A stretch of DNA of 64,000 bases from Octopus vulgaris (GCA_951406725.2 OX597819.1:83638001-83702000), one strand, 5' to 3'; shown: positions 1 to 13,579, numbered from the stretch's first letter. Notes: generated from the letters alone by a model not told the origin. Numbers and translations: made by a program.

Positions 1-143
1 GGTAAGGCTACGTGATGGGATCTGCAGAGAAGAGTCATATCAGCCTCAGATTTTTTTTATTACCTTAATCTGTATTTGAATAATATTCACATCACGGAGA
101 TTAAGTCAAAACAGGTCTTGGATTTTGTAGGTATCTGGAATGG

Positions 144-205
<62 letters not shown>

Positions 206-432
206 TGCGTGTGTGTGTGTGTGTGTGTGCGTGTGTATGTATGCGTGTTTCTTTGGTACACATGTTTGTGTGCTTTATTACTGTTTATGCCAATGCATGA
301 GTGAATGTTCTATATATACATGTAACTGGGTATATGTGTTCATCCCCAAAGCCTCAAATAGAGAATCCTTGGAATGTTTTACATATTTTAACTGTACTTA
401 CTAATCAACTGTATTTAAAAAATGTGAATCAG

Positions 433-514
<82 letters not shown>

Positions 515-850
515 GAGAAAACCATTATTTCTAGGTTTTTATGCAGATCTATTGCTGTAAAGCCGAAGCTACTACTATATTCCCTAACAGACTATCAGCT
601 TAAATATTACCCAGTGAGAGCTTATCTGCAATGCTTTTCTTCATATCAGTGAAGTCCTTGTCAGCTTTAATAGGGAAATGCAAAGGCTAGATTATAAGAG
701 CTGCTACGGAGTGAAAAAAAATTTCTTTCTTACTTGGTGACCTTTAGCAGCTGTACTTCAGTAATACTCGCGATACCAACAGACACTTAGAACTAGTCGC
801 AACGTTTTCACGGGACATAGAAATGGAGTTTGGTGAAGATGAGTGTCCAT

Positions 851-1212
851 AGCTGTGTGGTAAGAACCTTGCTTCCCAACCACATGGTTCCGAGTTCAGT
901 CCCATTGCGTGGCATCTTGGGCTAGGGTCTTCTATAGCCTCGGGCCGACCAAAGTCTTGTGAGTGGATTTGGCAGACAGAAACTGAAAGAAGCCCGTCGT
1001 ATGCGAGTGTGTATCATCACCGCTTGACAACCGGTCTTGGTGTGTTTACATCTTCGTAACTTTGCGGTTCGGCAAAAGAGACCAATAGAACAAGTACCAG
1101 GGTTTTAGAAAAAATAAGTACTGGGGGTCGATTCACTTGACTAAAAATTCTTCAAGACAGTGCCCCAGCATGGTCGCAGTCTAATGATTGAAACAAGTAA
1201 AAGATAAAAGAT
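851..1212 (+). mobile_element. SINE family A (tRNA-like head, CORE-like CTTGGGCAAG segment, internal microsatellite, GTAAAAGA-repeat tail)
   Basis: A/B-box-like GCTGTGTGG...GAGTTCAGTCCC; body matches more than 15 other copies in the window. Confidence 0.85.
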
Positions 1213-1805
1213 ATTTGGTAGTCACGAGAGGAAAAACTGTCAACCAAACAAGGAACATAGATACCAATGTCTATTTCCCTTAACACCAGTGATGACTGCT
1301 ACAAATACTGAATCGACGAGAAAATTGCGTATGTTGATGCTGTGAGTAAAGATAGACAAAGAAAAGAATACTTAAGTAGACTTCAAAATGTTAGGAAGTC
1401 AGAGCTATCTGCAGTCAATAAAACAATATCTCACACTGCTTTCACAGTGCCAATATCTGTACCAACATTTAGGATACTAGACTGGGCAACTGAATAAATA
1501 TGCAATTTGTACATCAGGACTACGAAGATACTATCAACAAGTAGCAACTTCCACGTCAACAGCAATACAGAAACTAAAACAATCTCCCACACTGCTTTCA
1601 TAGTGCCAGCATTTATACCAGCATTTCCTTGACTGGGCAATTGAAGAAATACGCCTCTTGGACATAAGGACTGCGAAGGTACTAACAACCACTGGCAACT
1701 TCTACATTAACAGCGATACTGAAAGAAAATATTAAACGGACGGATAAAGGAAGTGACAGAAGATCATTCTTGAGGACTTATAATATCACTTAGACTTTAT
1801 ATACC

Positions 1806-2002
1806 TATTTCTTTACTACCCACAAGGGGCTAAACATAGAGGGGACAAACAAGGACAGACATAGGTATTAAGTCGATTACATCGACCCCAGTGCGTAACT
1901 GGTACTTAATTTATCGACCCCGAAAGGATGAAAGGCAAAGTCGACCTCGGCGGAATTTGAACTTACAACGTAACGGCAGACGAAATACCGCTAAGCATTT
2001 CG
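1806..2002 (-). mobile_element. SINE family B, LINE-like-tail subfamily (B2), 5'-truncated, 11-bp TSD
   Basis: Reverse complement of the 41823-42057 element; direct repeat CTTTATATACC at 1795-1805 and 2003-2013. Confidence 0.9.
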
Positions 2003-2212
2003 CTTTATATACCGAAGGGTAAAGAAATAAATGGGTGCGCCAAAAGTATATTCACTAATGAAGATAATATCATGATATTAAATGAAGAACTCTTAAACAA
2101 ATACTCTGAGTATACAGGTGTACCATGTGAACCAAAGGATGGCTAGGCTGACCTACTTACACAGAAAATTGGAGAAGAAATACTCATCATACCAGCAACA
2201 GATACACATACC

Positions 2213-2537
2213 CAGGCTGGGCGTTGTGTATGTTTATTGAGCGAAAACACCTAAAGCTCCACGAAGCTCCGGCAGGGGGTGGTGGCTACCCCTGTTGTTC
2301 TCTTTTGCTCCAACTTTCTCTCACTCTTTCTTCCTGTTTCTTGTCCTCGACTTCCTACGCAACTGCTGAGCCTGGATGCGCATTCATCCATCCGTCGATG
2401 CTCTCGGTGTCGGGGGTTGACCTGCTCTCTCTTCTGCGGATCTTACGAATAGCAAAGGACCTCGATTCGGACTTCTCCCACTACAGAGGCGCGATTTTGC
2501 AAGCTCTGGGACGAAGACCGCTTCGCTCAACAAACAA
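2213..2537 (+). mobile_element. Unclassified retroposed repeat (SINE-like body, CAAA-type tail) with 9-bp TSD
   Basis: GC-richer insert interrupting the R4/Dong remnant; ACACATACC at 2204-2212 and 2538-2546; ends CAACAAACAAAC. Confidence 0.6.
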
Positions 2538-2573
2538 ACACATACCGCAAGCAAGAGAGTATCAACAATACTG

Positions 2574-2789
2574 ATTTCAAATTTTGGCACAAGGCCAGCA
2601 ATTTCGGATGTGGGTGGGTAAGTCAATTACATCGTCCTCAGTACTCAACTGGTACTTATTTTATCGACCCCTAAAGGATGAAAGACAAAGTCAACCTCGA
2701 TTAATTTGGACTCAGATCGTGAAGACGGACTAAATGTCGCTGAGCATTTCGCCCGGCATGTTAAAGATTCTGCCTGTTCATCGCCGCCA
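2574..2789 (-). mobile_element. SINE family B, older-tail subfamily (B1)
   Basis: GGCGGCG head, CTTTCATCCTTT-GGGGTCGATAAAATAAGTACCAG core, CCTTGTGCCAAAATTTGAAA tail on the minus strand. Confidence 0.8.
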
Positions 2790-2831
2790 TAAGAGGTCCA
2801 ACAATATCGACGGCAATAATAGCGTCTCCCT

Positions 2832-3040
2832 TAGACGGCGAGCTGGTAGAATGGTTAGCACGCTGAGCAACATGCTTAGCATCGTTTCGCCCGTCTTTAT
2901 GTTCTGAGTTCAAAGTGCACCGTGGTCGAGTTTGCTTTTTTTATCCTTTCGGGTTGGCTAAAATAAGTACCAGTTGAGCACTGGAGTCGATGTAATCGAC
3001 TTGCTCTCTTCTGGATTTGGTATGCTTTTGGTTTGGCCAT
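2832..3040 (+). mobile_element. SINE family B (B1), head-to-head with the previous copy
   Basis: GACGGCGAGCTGGTAGAATGGTTAGCACGC head, GAGTTCAAAG B-box-like motif, TAAAATAAGTACCAG core. Confidence 0.75.
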
Positions 3041-3576
3041 AACATACACATAAGCACGCGCGCGCGCGCACACACACACACACACACATACACACACACG
3101 TACACACCAACCAACTCAGATGTTTACAAATCGAACGAACTGCCTTCACTTTAACCATACAACCATATCATTTCATAAGTGGCCGGGCTGAAATTTTCAA
3201 AGAAAAAACTCAAATCCCGAAGAAAAACTATATACATATATACATTGCAAACGTACATATATATGCATATACAAATGTCCTCTCTCCCTCTCACGTTATA
3301 TATGTGTGTGTGTGTGTGTGTGTGCATGTATCTATCAGTGTGGCCACGTATGTGTGTGTTGTGTGTGTGTGCGCGTTTGAGTTTCGTATTTGTATTTGTC
3401 TCTCACCGTTTCATAACCGGTGTTTTATTGTTTATGTCCCTGTAAGTTAGCGGTTCGGCTATAAAAGAGATAGATACTGGTATCGGCTTGATCGACTAAA
3501 CCCCTCAAGGTGAGACCCGACTATAGCCACAGTCCGAAGATTGATATTAGTAAAAGATTAAGCAATTAAAAAATGG

Positions 3577-3650
<74 letters not shown>

Positions 3651-3660
3651 AAGCATGCAT

Positions 3661-3887
3661 ATGTGTGTGTCTATCAACGCATCTCTATATTGGCACCGGT
3701 CTAATATCTGTCTTTACATTGAGTACTTTTAACGAAGCAGGTCGACAGCTAGAGAGTAATAAAACGAGTACCAGATTGAAAGCAATACTGGAATCAATAT
3801 TATTGATTAAACCATAGAAGCCGCAGCTCAATATCTGAAACCAATTCGAGATTAAACGAATTTGTTGCATACAGAGTTCTGTAAACT
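3661..3887 (+). repeat. ~230-bp diverged repeat with an inverted copy at 48659-48890
   Basis: Shared blocks ATCAACGCATCT, TTGAGTACTTTTAA, ATAAAACGAGTACC, TAGAAGCCGCAGCTC, GAGATTAAACGAATTTGT. Confidence 0.8.
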
Positions 3888-3960
3888 AAACTTTATCTGA
3901 GGGTAAACTTCGGACCAGAATAATACATACATGCGTCTGTGATGTATGCGTATGTGTGTA

Positions 3961-4013
<53 letters not shown>

Positions 4014-4026
4014 TACACATATACGC

Positions 4027-4068
<42 letters not shown>

Positions 4069-4105
4069 GGCAGATAGATATACGCATTTATGTGTATATA
4101 TATAT

Positions 4106-4484
4106 TACTCTTTTACTTGTTTCAGTCATGCTGGAGCACCACCTTTAATCGAGCAACTCGACTTATTCTTTTGTAAGCCCAGTACTTATTCTATCGGTCT
4201 CTTTTGCCGAACCGCTAAGTGACGGGGACGTAAACACACCACCATTGGTTGTCAAGCAATGCTAGGGGAACAAACACAGACACACAAACACACACGCATA
4301 CATATATATATATATACATATATACGACAGGCTTCTTTCAGTTTCTGTCTACCAAATCCACTCACAAGGCATTGGTCGGCCCGGGGCTATAGCAGAAGAC
4401 ACTTCAAGGTGCCACGCAGTGGGACTGAACCCAGAACCATGTGGTTGGTTAGCAAGCTACTTACCACACAGCCACTCCTGCACC
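4106..4484 (-). mobile_element. SINE family A
   Basis: Near full-length reverse-complement match to family A; flanked by (TA)n. Confidence 0.9.
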
Positions 4485-4488
4485 TATA

Positions 4489-4541
<53 letters not shown>

Positions 4542-4601
4542 CATATTTATTAATGTGTATATACATATGCTTACAGACACAAGATACTCATTTATGTATG
4601 C

Positions 4602-4681
<80 letters not shown>

Positions 4682-4696
4682 CATATATACATATCA

Positions 4697-5031
4697 GCGT
4701 GGCTGCGTAGTAAGAAGCTTGCTTTCCAACCACATGGTTCCAGGTTCAGTTCCACTGCATGTCACTTTAGGCGAGTGTCTTCTACTATAGCTTCGGGCTG
4801 ACCAAAGCCTTATGAGCCCGTCGTATATACATATATGTGTGTGTGAGTATTTGTTTGTCCTCCCACCATCGCTTGACAACCGATATCGGTGTGTTTACAT
4901 CCCCGTTCGGCAGAAGAGACCGATAGAATAAGTACTAGGCTTACAAAGAATAAGCCCTGGGGTCGATTTGTTCGACTAAAGACGCTGCTCCAACATGGCC
5001 GCAGTCAAATGACAGATACAAGTAAAAGAAT
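4697..5031 (+). mobile_element. SINE family A (internal deletions)
   Basis: GCGTGGCTGCGTAGTAAGAAGC head through GATACAAGTAAAAGAA tail. Confidence 0.85.
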
Positions 5032-5781
5032 ATATCTATCTATCTATTTATTGAAATATATATATATATATGATGTCCTCTTGGGGTTAAAAAAAATCAG
5101 TTAAGACCTTTCAAACGGAACAGCCTAATTGAAGTGACTACGAACATTACTTGCTATATACATATATATATATTTTACCATTATTTTAAAAGCAGTCTAT
5201 TATGCAGGCTCAAAAAGTTTCGTCGCACGTCTGCGACCTGGTCAGCGGATGCAACTCCACGGAATTGTGTCAATGACCGGGTCAGAGAAAATTTGAGGTG
5301 TGAGTGAGTGAATCATCAGTTTCAGAAGCGTGTATGTGCATATATACTTGTGCGTGTGCGCGCGCAGAGAGTGAGTGAGAGAGAGGTGTAGATATGGCCA
5401 TGTGAGTATGTGTGCGCGCGTATCGCTGACTAAGAGGAGTGCTCCCAGCTCTAGCCCTCATTTGAACAATTTCTACTTCGTCTACGTCACCAATGACGAT
5501 AGGAACGGTACGAAGGTCACGTCTTCCTTTATTCAGCTCCTTAAAAACCCTACATCCTCTTTGTTTATTTGGATGTTGCAATAGGGATGCTAATGTACGT
5601 ATTTTCTTGTGTATCTGTATACTTGACATTGCCATAAGAAAACAACGTCCGGAAGCGGATGTGTTGGTCTTTAAATTCAGTCGCACACACATACATAGAC
5701 GCAACCACACACACACACACACACAACCAGAAATATAGCTTGATGTGTATATAAGATACACACACACACACATATATACAT

Positions 5782-5782
<1 letters not shown>

Positions 5783-5874
<92 letters not shown>
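5783..5874. repeat. (GATA)n microsatellite
   Basis: Perfect tetranucleotide run; similar runs near 7520, 44840, 56760 and 63205. Confidence 0.95.
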
Positions 5875-5875
<1 letters not shown>

Positions 5876-6353
5876 GGATGGATAGCTATAGATGATGTTT
5901 ATGTTCTTATTTTATTGGTATATAATCTATTTAATTATGCACAAATTTATATGAATGTCAATGCATATAAGGAAAAAAATATGTAGTCATGAGACCCGGA
6001 CAGAGAGAAAGATGAATGCATGCGAAGGCGTGCGTAAGAATCTGTTGTATGTGACTGAGCAAGACAAAGCTTGTGTTAATTTTCGATTAAATTGAAGTAT
6101 ATATCATTACCGTTATTAGAGTAGTGGATAGCTTGCCTAGGCGATTAGTTCTCAGCGAACCTTGTTACTCTACCCAGTTCTAATTCTCATTTGAAATCGC
6201 TCCGCTTTAAACAAATTTTTTTACATTGTTAACCTAATACTTTTTTTTTATACTAAAGCAATGAATGTTACAATCCTTCACACAATCATTCCTTGCAAAA
6301 TTCTCGATATTAATGTTCGTTTTTTATGTAATAAATAACTAAAGAAGGTTATG

Positions 6354-6405
<52 letters not shown>

Positions 6406-6513
6406 AAGTTAAAAACAATAAATGTACAAACAAATGAAAACAGACACAGAAGGTTGGCAAATCCCCATCAGTTATCGGCCAAAGTATCAACGCAGATAGA
6501 TATTTTAGATAGA

Positions 6514-6745
6514 CATACATACATGCATGCATGCATGCATGCATACATACATACATACATACATACATACATACATACATACATACATACATACATACAT
6601 ACATACATACATACATACATACATACATACATACATACATACATACATACATACATACATACATACATACATACATACATACATACATACATACATACAT
6701 ACATACATACATACCTGCTTGCATACATACATACATACATATACA
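6514..6745. repeat. (CATA)n microsatellite with a (CATG)n segment
   Basis: Direct reading; source of the MYVC/HTYI pseudo-ORFs. Confidence 0.95.
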
Positions 6746-6991
6746 TTGGGAATACACAGACAAATAGATATACAGTATCATCAAGTCTTGAAATTGATTG
6801 GGGAACTCAAAAGAATAATTGGTTTTGAAATATTTTGAGTTATCAATAAGTACTGTTTAATATTACTAGTACAATATGAAAACCTCGAAGCAGATAAAGC
6901 TAGCGTGTAAATATTGGTTTAAAAATCCTGATAGAAAAAATCTGAGACTATATGCATACATACATACATATACACACACACACACATATTC

Positions 6992-7023
<32 letters not shown>

Positions 7024-7520
7024 GTGCACATATATATATTCATTGGTTTTGGTATCATTTAAATTTCCGTAGTTAAAATACGATTGTAGTAAATAAAATT
7101 TTTCAAAAAATATAATTTCTAAAACATTTATTAGAAATAATCAAAATATTTGGTGATATACAGAAGAGGAAGAAAAAAAAAGGTGGGTGTTAGACGAGAG
7201 AGAGAGAGAAAAAGCCAAATTGGGTAGAAAGAGAGAGATAGTGTTTTGTGGAAGAAAGAAGAAAAAAAAAAACTAGTTTGCAGCTATTGAGCAAGTCGTA
7301 TTAGAAAAAGGGTTGTCAATTTCAGAGGAATGAGAGGCGTGTCTGGACTACTTCCGAGGCGTCGTCAGCTTTCAACATTATGATTGACAGCTACGTTATG
7401 GTTTTTCTTTTTGTTTGTGTGATTTTTACTGTGCTTTTTTTTTACTGTTGCTTTTTATTGTTTTTTATGCGTGTGTTTACTGGTTGTAAACATGTTCATG
7501 GGAGAATGCGTGTATAACAG

Positions 7521-7578
<58 letters not shown>

Positions 7579-7784
7579 CTTTCTCTTTCTGTCTGTCTCT
7601 CTCTCTCTTTCTCCACATGTATAATAGTATGATAATAGCCAATACACGAAACTCTCGGCCCTTGGGTCACTATGCATCTTCTGCTAATTATTAAGTCTTG
7701 AGTTCTTTTTCCTGCTTGCATCACCAAAACTGTTTCTATCTATCTATCTGTCTATCTATTTATCAATCTATCTATCTATCTATC

Positions 7785-7844
<60 letters not shown>

Positions 7845-7877
7845 CTCTATCTATCTATCTATCTATCTATCTATCGT

Positions 7878-7969
<92 letters not shown>

Positions 7970-8384
7970 TGTGTTGTATCTGGGGAGAGTCATTCTGTTT
8001 TAATGCTTTATTAATTAACACTCTCAGGTTCAATTTCTACTCATTTATTAATTTTTTTCCTAAAATTTTCGTTATTTCTTGCAACCTCTTCAATAGTTGT
8101 AGACTCTACGCACACACACACACACACACTCACACACACACACTCACACACACACATACATATTCTCTTGTAAACATGACTAGTTTGAACTCGCGCGCGC
8201 ACCCAAACGTATGTTTGTAAACAGCAGTGCTCTATAATATACATACATATATTCAGATTTGTAAGAATGTATGGCATGTATACGATGCTTATGTTTGTTA
8301 TATAGTCCCGAAATTCGTTTATTCACATGCACAAGACTACATTTCCAATATCTGCGTACGTGAGGGTGTGCGTGCGCGGGTATG

Positions 8385-8440
<56 letters not shown>

Positions 8441-8442
<2 letters not shown>

Positions 8443-8530
8443 GAAGAAAACAGAGCAAGAGTATGGGCACTTATACGAATATATTAGGAAGAAAACAGAG
8501 CAAGAGTATGGGCACTTATACGAATATATT
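8441..8530. repeat. Perfect 45-bp tandem duplication
   Basis: AGGAAGAAAACAGAGCAAGAGTATGGGCACTTATACGAATATATT x2, next to (AG)n. Confidence 0.95.
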
Positions 8531-8648
8531 TTTGTGTTCTTTGATATGACCAGTTACAATATCCAACGATCTATTAACTTTTGTAATCGACGATTAAAAT
8601 GCTACGAAGACCAACAGTTAATGTTAATGCAATCACGGTTTTAGGGCC

Positions 8649-8697
<49 letters not shown>

Positions 8698-9169
8698 AAT
8701 AGGCATTCAAAGAATCAGGGATCACAGTAAGCTCCCAGCTTGGTGCGTGGCTATCGAGAAAAAAAAAACGTCAACTAATGGAATAAACATCTATTCTCTC
8801 ACATCACACCTCTTATCAATACACACACACACAGACAGAGGCACACATATATATTACTAAATATGGATAAAACGAATGAATATTGTGGGGTATAAGTTTG
8901 CTTATATTTACTTTATGTTGCTAATATTTTATAAAGTGTATAATAAGGCTTGTCGTCTGCAGGATTCGAACCTAGAGAGGAGAGACATCAACAGCAAGTT
9001 GTAGCGTTCATTTCCCTTTTGTTTGCTAATCTCTCTTTTTCTCTCTCTCTTTTTCCGTCTGTCTGTCTTTGTCTCCCTCTTTCTCTCTTGTTTCTGGCTT
9101 AACATCTACTGCGTGTATATAAAAAGTATGAATCGACCTGAATTTTGTGGTAAAGAAAAAAAGTATGTG

Positions 9170-9208
<39 letters not shown>

Positions 9209-10644
9209 ACAGGAGCAACAATAGTGATGTAGTAGGAGCGGTAATAACATCTACACCACAGCAACAGAACAGTAGTAGTAGCAGTAGTAGAGTGGCAGTA
9301 GAGTTGTTTTGAATCGTGTTGACCACAATGAAATAGAACTGGAAAATCGTTCAATAAATAAATTGACGGGGATTATAGGAATATGACGAAGAAAATTTAA
9401 AAAATGTAAAATAATGTACAGACATAAAATACGGTCAGGGCTGATAGATTGAAAGGTAAAGATAGATGACTGCCTAAACTGAATGGATATAGAGAACGTT
9501 AAAGTAGACTAAAAGATATATATAAACAAACAAATTGATCAAACTGTATTATGTGCAAATTATCTGACAGGTATAGATAGGTAGATAGATTTTGTTATAT
9601 TTCTATAGAAGTAGATTTTCTATAATGTAAATGCTCTTTCGCTGTAACATACACATATTCTAGATTTCTGTTTTCTCTCTACCAAGTTTTGTGTAGATAT
9701 TCCCTCTTCAAAAGTTTTTTGAATTTTGCATGTATGATGTCGAATATTGTAGAATAAGAGGTGGTGGTGATTCTGGCACTTAAAAAATATTGGTCAGTTT
9801 TGCTTCTCGCGAAATACAAGTTCATTATATTTATGCTATTAAATACATTTGAAAAAACGACACCTTACAATACTGCATTTCCTAGTTCGTATTAAATGTA
9901 GGCTAGTGTATAGTCACACACATACACACACACACACATACACACACACACACATACATTTAAATTTGAGGAATACGTTCGTTGCTATTTAGTGTTTTTG
10001 TCTGAAGGATCGCACGTAGCAAGAAACTGCATTCAGTACCTTTCTCGCGTTTATACACAGCTCAGGCATATAAGCATGCATGCATGCATGCATGCATGCA
10101 TGTATGTATGTATGTATGTATGTATGTATGTATGTATGTATGTATGTATGTATGTATGTATGTATGTATGTATGTATGTATGTATGTATGTATGTATGTG
10201 TAAATGTATGTATGAGTGTGTTTGCATGCATGAGTGTGTGAATGTAAGTATGTAAGCGAGTAAGCATGAATGTAAATATGCATACCAGCTAACTCAAAGT
10301 ACGAGAATTTAAGTGGAATATTATAATTGTTGATGTTTAAATCCCACGCCATCTTCATCAGTCAAGCCTGTAATCAAAGTCATTCTAACCGTGACCATTC
10401 CCCTCCTTTTTTTATTACCATTGTGTCCCTAAGACTATCTTACCCTTTGCGTTCCTCTTTTTTTATTTACTGTTTTTTTTTTAACGATAGAGGGAATTTC
10501 GTCTGCTTCATAGAGAATCTCGAGTGGCTACGTAGGGGTTTCCCTATTTGGCTCAACTGGGAATTGACACTGCATCGCAAAGTCAGCTTCACAGAAGCTC
10601 GTGATTACACTTTAGTGAAGGTATTTTTCGGAGGAATACGTAAT

Positions 10645-11030
10645 TCTGGCTTCTCAAACTGTAGTAAGCGTACCCCCAGGTGATATGCGTCCTCCCAGGG
10701 GTATGCATAAGAAATTTTTGGGATATTCAAGGTCTGTAAAAACATTGAAATTTCCAAGTATTCGCAACTAATTAAACGCAAGCCGTTTGTTTGTCTAGAA
10801 AATGGGTGGAGTACTTTTTGCTCTTCCCACACATATACTTGGTTGTGTGAACAATGGTTTTCGGCAATGTTTATAACAGAAAACAAATTTCGAGCAAAAC
10901 TGACTGTCAATCGCGAATGGTATGTGTGTGTGTGTATACGCGCGCTCTCTGAAACTGCCGAGAATTGAGTTACATTTTAGAGAGGGCCAAACTAATCCAC
11001 TTTGTTTAAAAGGTGACATGACATTGAATT
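10645..11030 (+). pseudogene. hAT (Charlie/Buster-like) remnant: terminal sequence plus transposase C-terminal dimerisation segment
   Basis: 10843-10920 reads LCEQWFSAMFITENKFRAKLTV, then RALSET/PRIEL (~TYLCEQGFS..IKNKYR..L...RxALS..PRI). Upstream TTCTCAAACTG...GTACCCC...GGGGTATGC resembles Charlie-type ends. Confidence 0.65.
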
Positions 11031-11059
11031 AAAGTGATTTCGTACACAAGCACACGGCC

Positions 11060-11337
11060 AGAAACCTATGCAGAAGGGGTGGGAGGTACCGTACTTCACA
11101 GGTTACTATCGACTCTGGAAGAAAAGTTCATTTGACGACGTGAGTATGTGGTTTGTGGGGTCGACCGCGTCCTCTGCTTCATTTTTTGTAAATCACTCAT
11201 TCTCATTTAATTGTATATATTTTAATTGTTTGTTTATTCATACGTTTCGTCTCATTCGATACCCTGACCCCAATGTTTGTTTTGTCTGTCCTCGTATCGT
11301 CCCCTCTTTTTCTCAACCTCGTGGTTAATAAAGAAAT
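11060..11337 (+). mobile_element. Probable LINE 3' UTR fragment sharing its last ~57 nt with SINE subfamily B2
   Basis: 11281-11337 TTTGTCTGTCCTCGTATCGTCCCCTCT...GTGGTTAATAAAGAAAT aligns with the B2 tail TTTGTCTGTCCTTGTTTGTCCTCTCT...GTGGGTAGTAAAGAAAT. The upstream part is unrelated to the SINE body. Confidence 0.55.
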
Positions 11338-11883
11338 TGACAGGATTTACAATGTTTAAATTTAATCAAATTAATAACAAATAATACTTGTTTATTGTAT
11401 GTTCTATGGTATCCAACTATTTTTTTGCATTATATTCTTCACATGGAACATGCCAACACTGTTGATTATAAGGAAGAGATTCGCCAGAAGGAAAAAAAGA
11501 AAGGTTTGAGAGTAGCTGGTGTAATAATGTATAAATTGTTAGCATGTGTACACGACGCAAGCTGACTAAATTTTCTGTTTACCGATTACCTTACCAGCAG
11601 TAAATTTATTAACACTGTTACGTCTATTAAGGTATAGATTTGCTTCTACCGCATTTCTAGGAAATAAATAAATGATACTGATGATGATGATTCTTAAACT
11701 TTTAAAATCTTTCTTTAATTTTGTGTAAAACCACGTAGGATCAAAACAGAATTTTAAAAGAGTCTAGAAGACCTTGAAGCCGCGGTACCAGGCTGCAGCT
11801 GTGTGACGAAAATTTTAACGCTCATTTACATAAATTTTAATTTCAAATTTAAAAGTAAATTTAACAGCTTTGCGTGTTATTAA

Positions 11884-12316
11884 CCCTTGCGCTTTACCTG
11901 TTATACACAGGACATATTTCCCTGGCGTTTATGCATCATATATTGGCTTCAGATTTTGGCACTAGGTCAGCAACTTCGGGGAAGGGATTAAATCGAGTAC
12001 GTTCAACTAGTTCTTATTTCACCGATCCCAAAAAGATGAAAGGCAAATTTGACTCCAGCGGAATTTGAACTCAGAACGTATTGACGGACGAAATGCCGCT
12101 AAACATTTTGCCCGGCGCACTAACGATTCTGCTAGCCCGCCGCCTTCCATGCATCATATATTGATACACATTTCCAAATTTTTTCAACCATCAAAGAAAC
12201 TTTGGACTTATGAAATGAAAGCTACATATTAACCCAGAACGCATCAAACAAGGACTATCTAAAAGTCTGAAAACAGGCATGGACTTTTAAGACAAACTTA
12301 AAACAAAGACAAAGGG
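11884..12316. mobile_element. piggyBac-type non-autonomous element (TTAA TSD)
   Basis: TTAA|CCCTT ... AAGGG|TTAA at 11880-11888 and 12312-12320; short imperfect TIR. Confidence 0.55.
11946..12148 (-). mobile_element. SINE family B (B1) with 15-bp TSD, nested in the piggyBac-like element
   Basis: ATGCATCATATATTG at 11931-11945 and 12149-12163. Confidence 0.9.
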
Positions 12317-12524
12317 TTAAATAGTTCTTCCACAGTGTAGTTGCTTTTATTTTCTTTTTTCAGTTTTCTTTTTTTTTTGTTTTTGTTCTTTCCTTTTTTT
12401 TTTTTGCCTTACGAAGTCGTCCTCAAGAGAGCTCCTCTCGAGGACATTGGTATCTGGATCAAAAATAAAACAGTTTCACTTACGATATGATAGCTGGACG
12501 GAAAGAGGGTTGCATTACTACCCG

Positions 12525-12659
12525 ACCAGTACTCATTTATTGCTGAGAACACTGGTGCAACGTGAAACGAAGGACACAACGCGTCACCCGGACCAGGAAT
12601 CGAACACACGACTTTATGTTTGCGATCCGCACACCAACCACTACACTACGCACCTTCAC
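12525..12659 (-). mobile_element. SINE family C (tRNA head plus V-SINE-like TGTGTYCTTGAGCAAG segment), degenerate
   Basis: Reverse complement begins GTGAAGGTGCGTAGTGTAGTGGTTGG...GTTCGATTCCTGG; related to 13580-13810, 54756-55005 and 60180-60476. Confidence 0.65.
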
Positions 12660-13579
12660 AAAACAAACAGCGAAAGCGTGGGTATAAGCTACCAGATCAT
12701 ATTCGCTTGCGAGTAGCAGATATTATGGCCTAGATATAAAATATCTGGAATAAAAGCAATGATATAGTGACGGCTGGAGCATTTTTGATCATAGAGTTGA
12801 TTGACCAGGACAGAGCTGGGGTTAATCAATAAAAATAAATCAATAAAAAATAGAACAGAGTTTGTGTTTTTGCTCGTATTTTTTTCTTCTACTCGACCAG
12901 GGAAAGAGCTTTGGATGCGGCTACTCGGTTTGGTCTGTTGCTAAATTTTCGACAAACTGTACCCTATCCGTCCTAAATAAAGGGCTAGGCAATGAAGACC
13001 CTTTTGTATAAAAGGATGGTAGCGCCATGGATGGAACGTCTGTAATTATAGGCTTGATCATCTTGTGCTGAACTGAAGCTAAACAACGACAAACGGAAAA
13101 AAATTGAGATATAATGTTCGGTCCTTCCCCTACCTTTATGTTTTTTTAAAACCTCACACTGAATCTGATGATTGCCTTTCAGAGTGTCTATTTCATCTGT
13201 TTCAGCACATATCTCCATTTTATTATGTGGTCGCTCGATCAGCTAGAAAATAGTAACCCAATCTTCAGTTCACATGTCAGCACTTAGAAACAAAACTGGA
13301 GAACATTAGATAATATAGAGCAGTCGTTGGCAACATGCGGCTCACAGGACTTTCTGAATGGCATACCTAACAAAAACCTATCTTCATTTTGTATTTTTTC
13401 TTGAGTAGTGTGGCCTGCTTGATGATAAGCCACGTCTCATACGGCCCGCTTCTCGAAAAAGGCGGTTTATGCCTCATATAGACCGAGGAAATACTCCAAA
13501 ATGGTCATAGCTAAAAATTTTATTATCCTGAGTATGTTCGATCAGAGTAGAGATAGGACTAAGCAACAGCAGAAGAGAT

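Larger units (their letters stand above)
540..2830 (+). pseudogene. Degenerate R4/Dong-clade (RLE-type) non-LTR retrotransposon RT region, interrupted by four nested insertions
   Basis: Hand translation across stops and frameshifts: ILPSESLSAMLFFISVKSLS (~QGDSLSPLLF), ELVATFSRDIEMEFGEDEC, KEYLSRLQNVRKSELSAVNKTISHTAFTVP...LDW. Colinear with the better-preserved copy at 31312-32225. Confidence 0.8.

Noticed and set aside
1-10. GGTAAG splice donor at the window start
   Set aside because: No upstream sequence available to evaluate.
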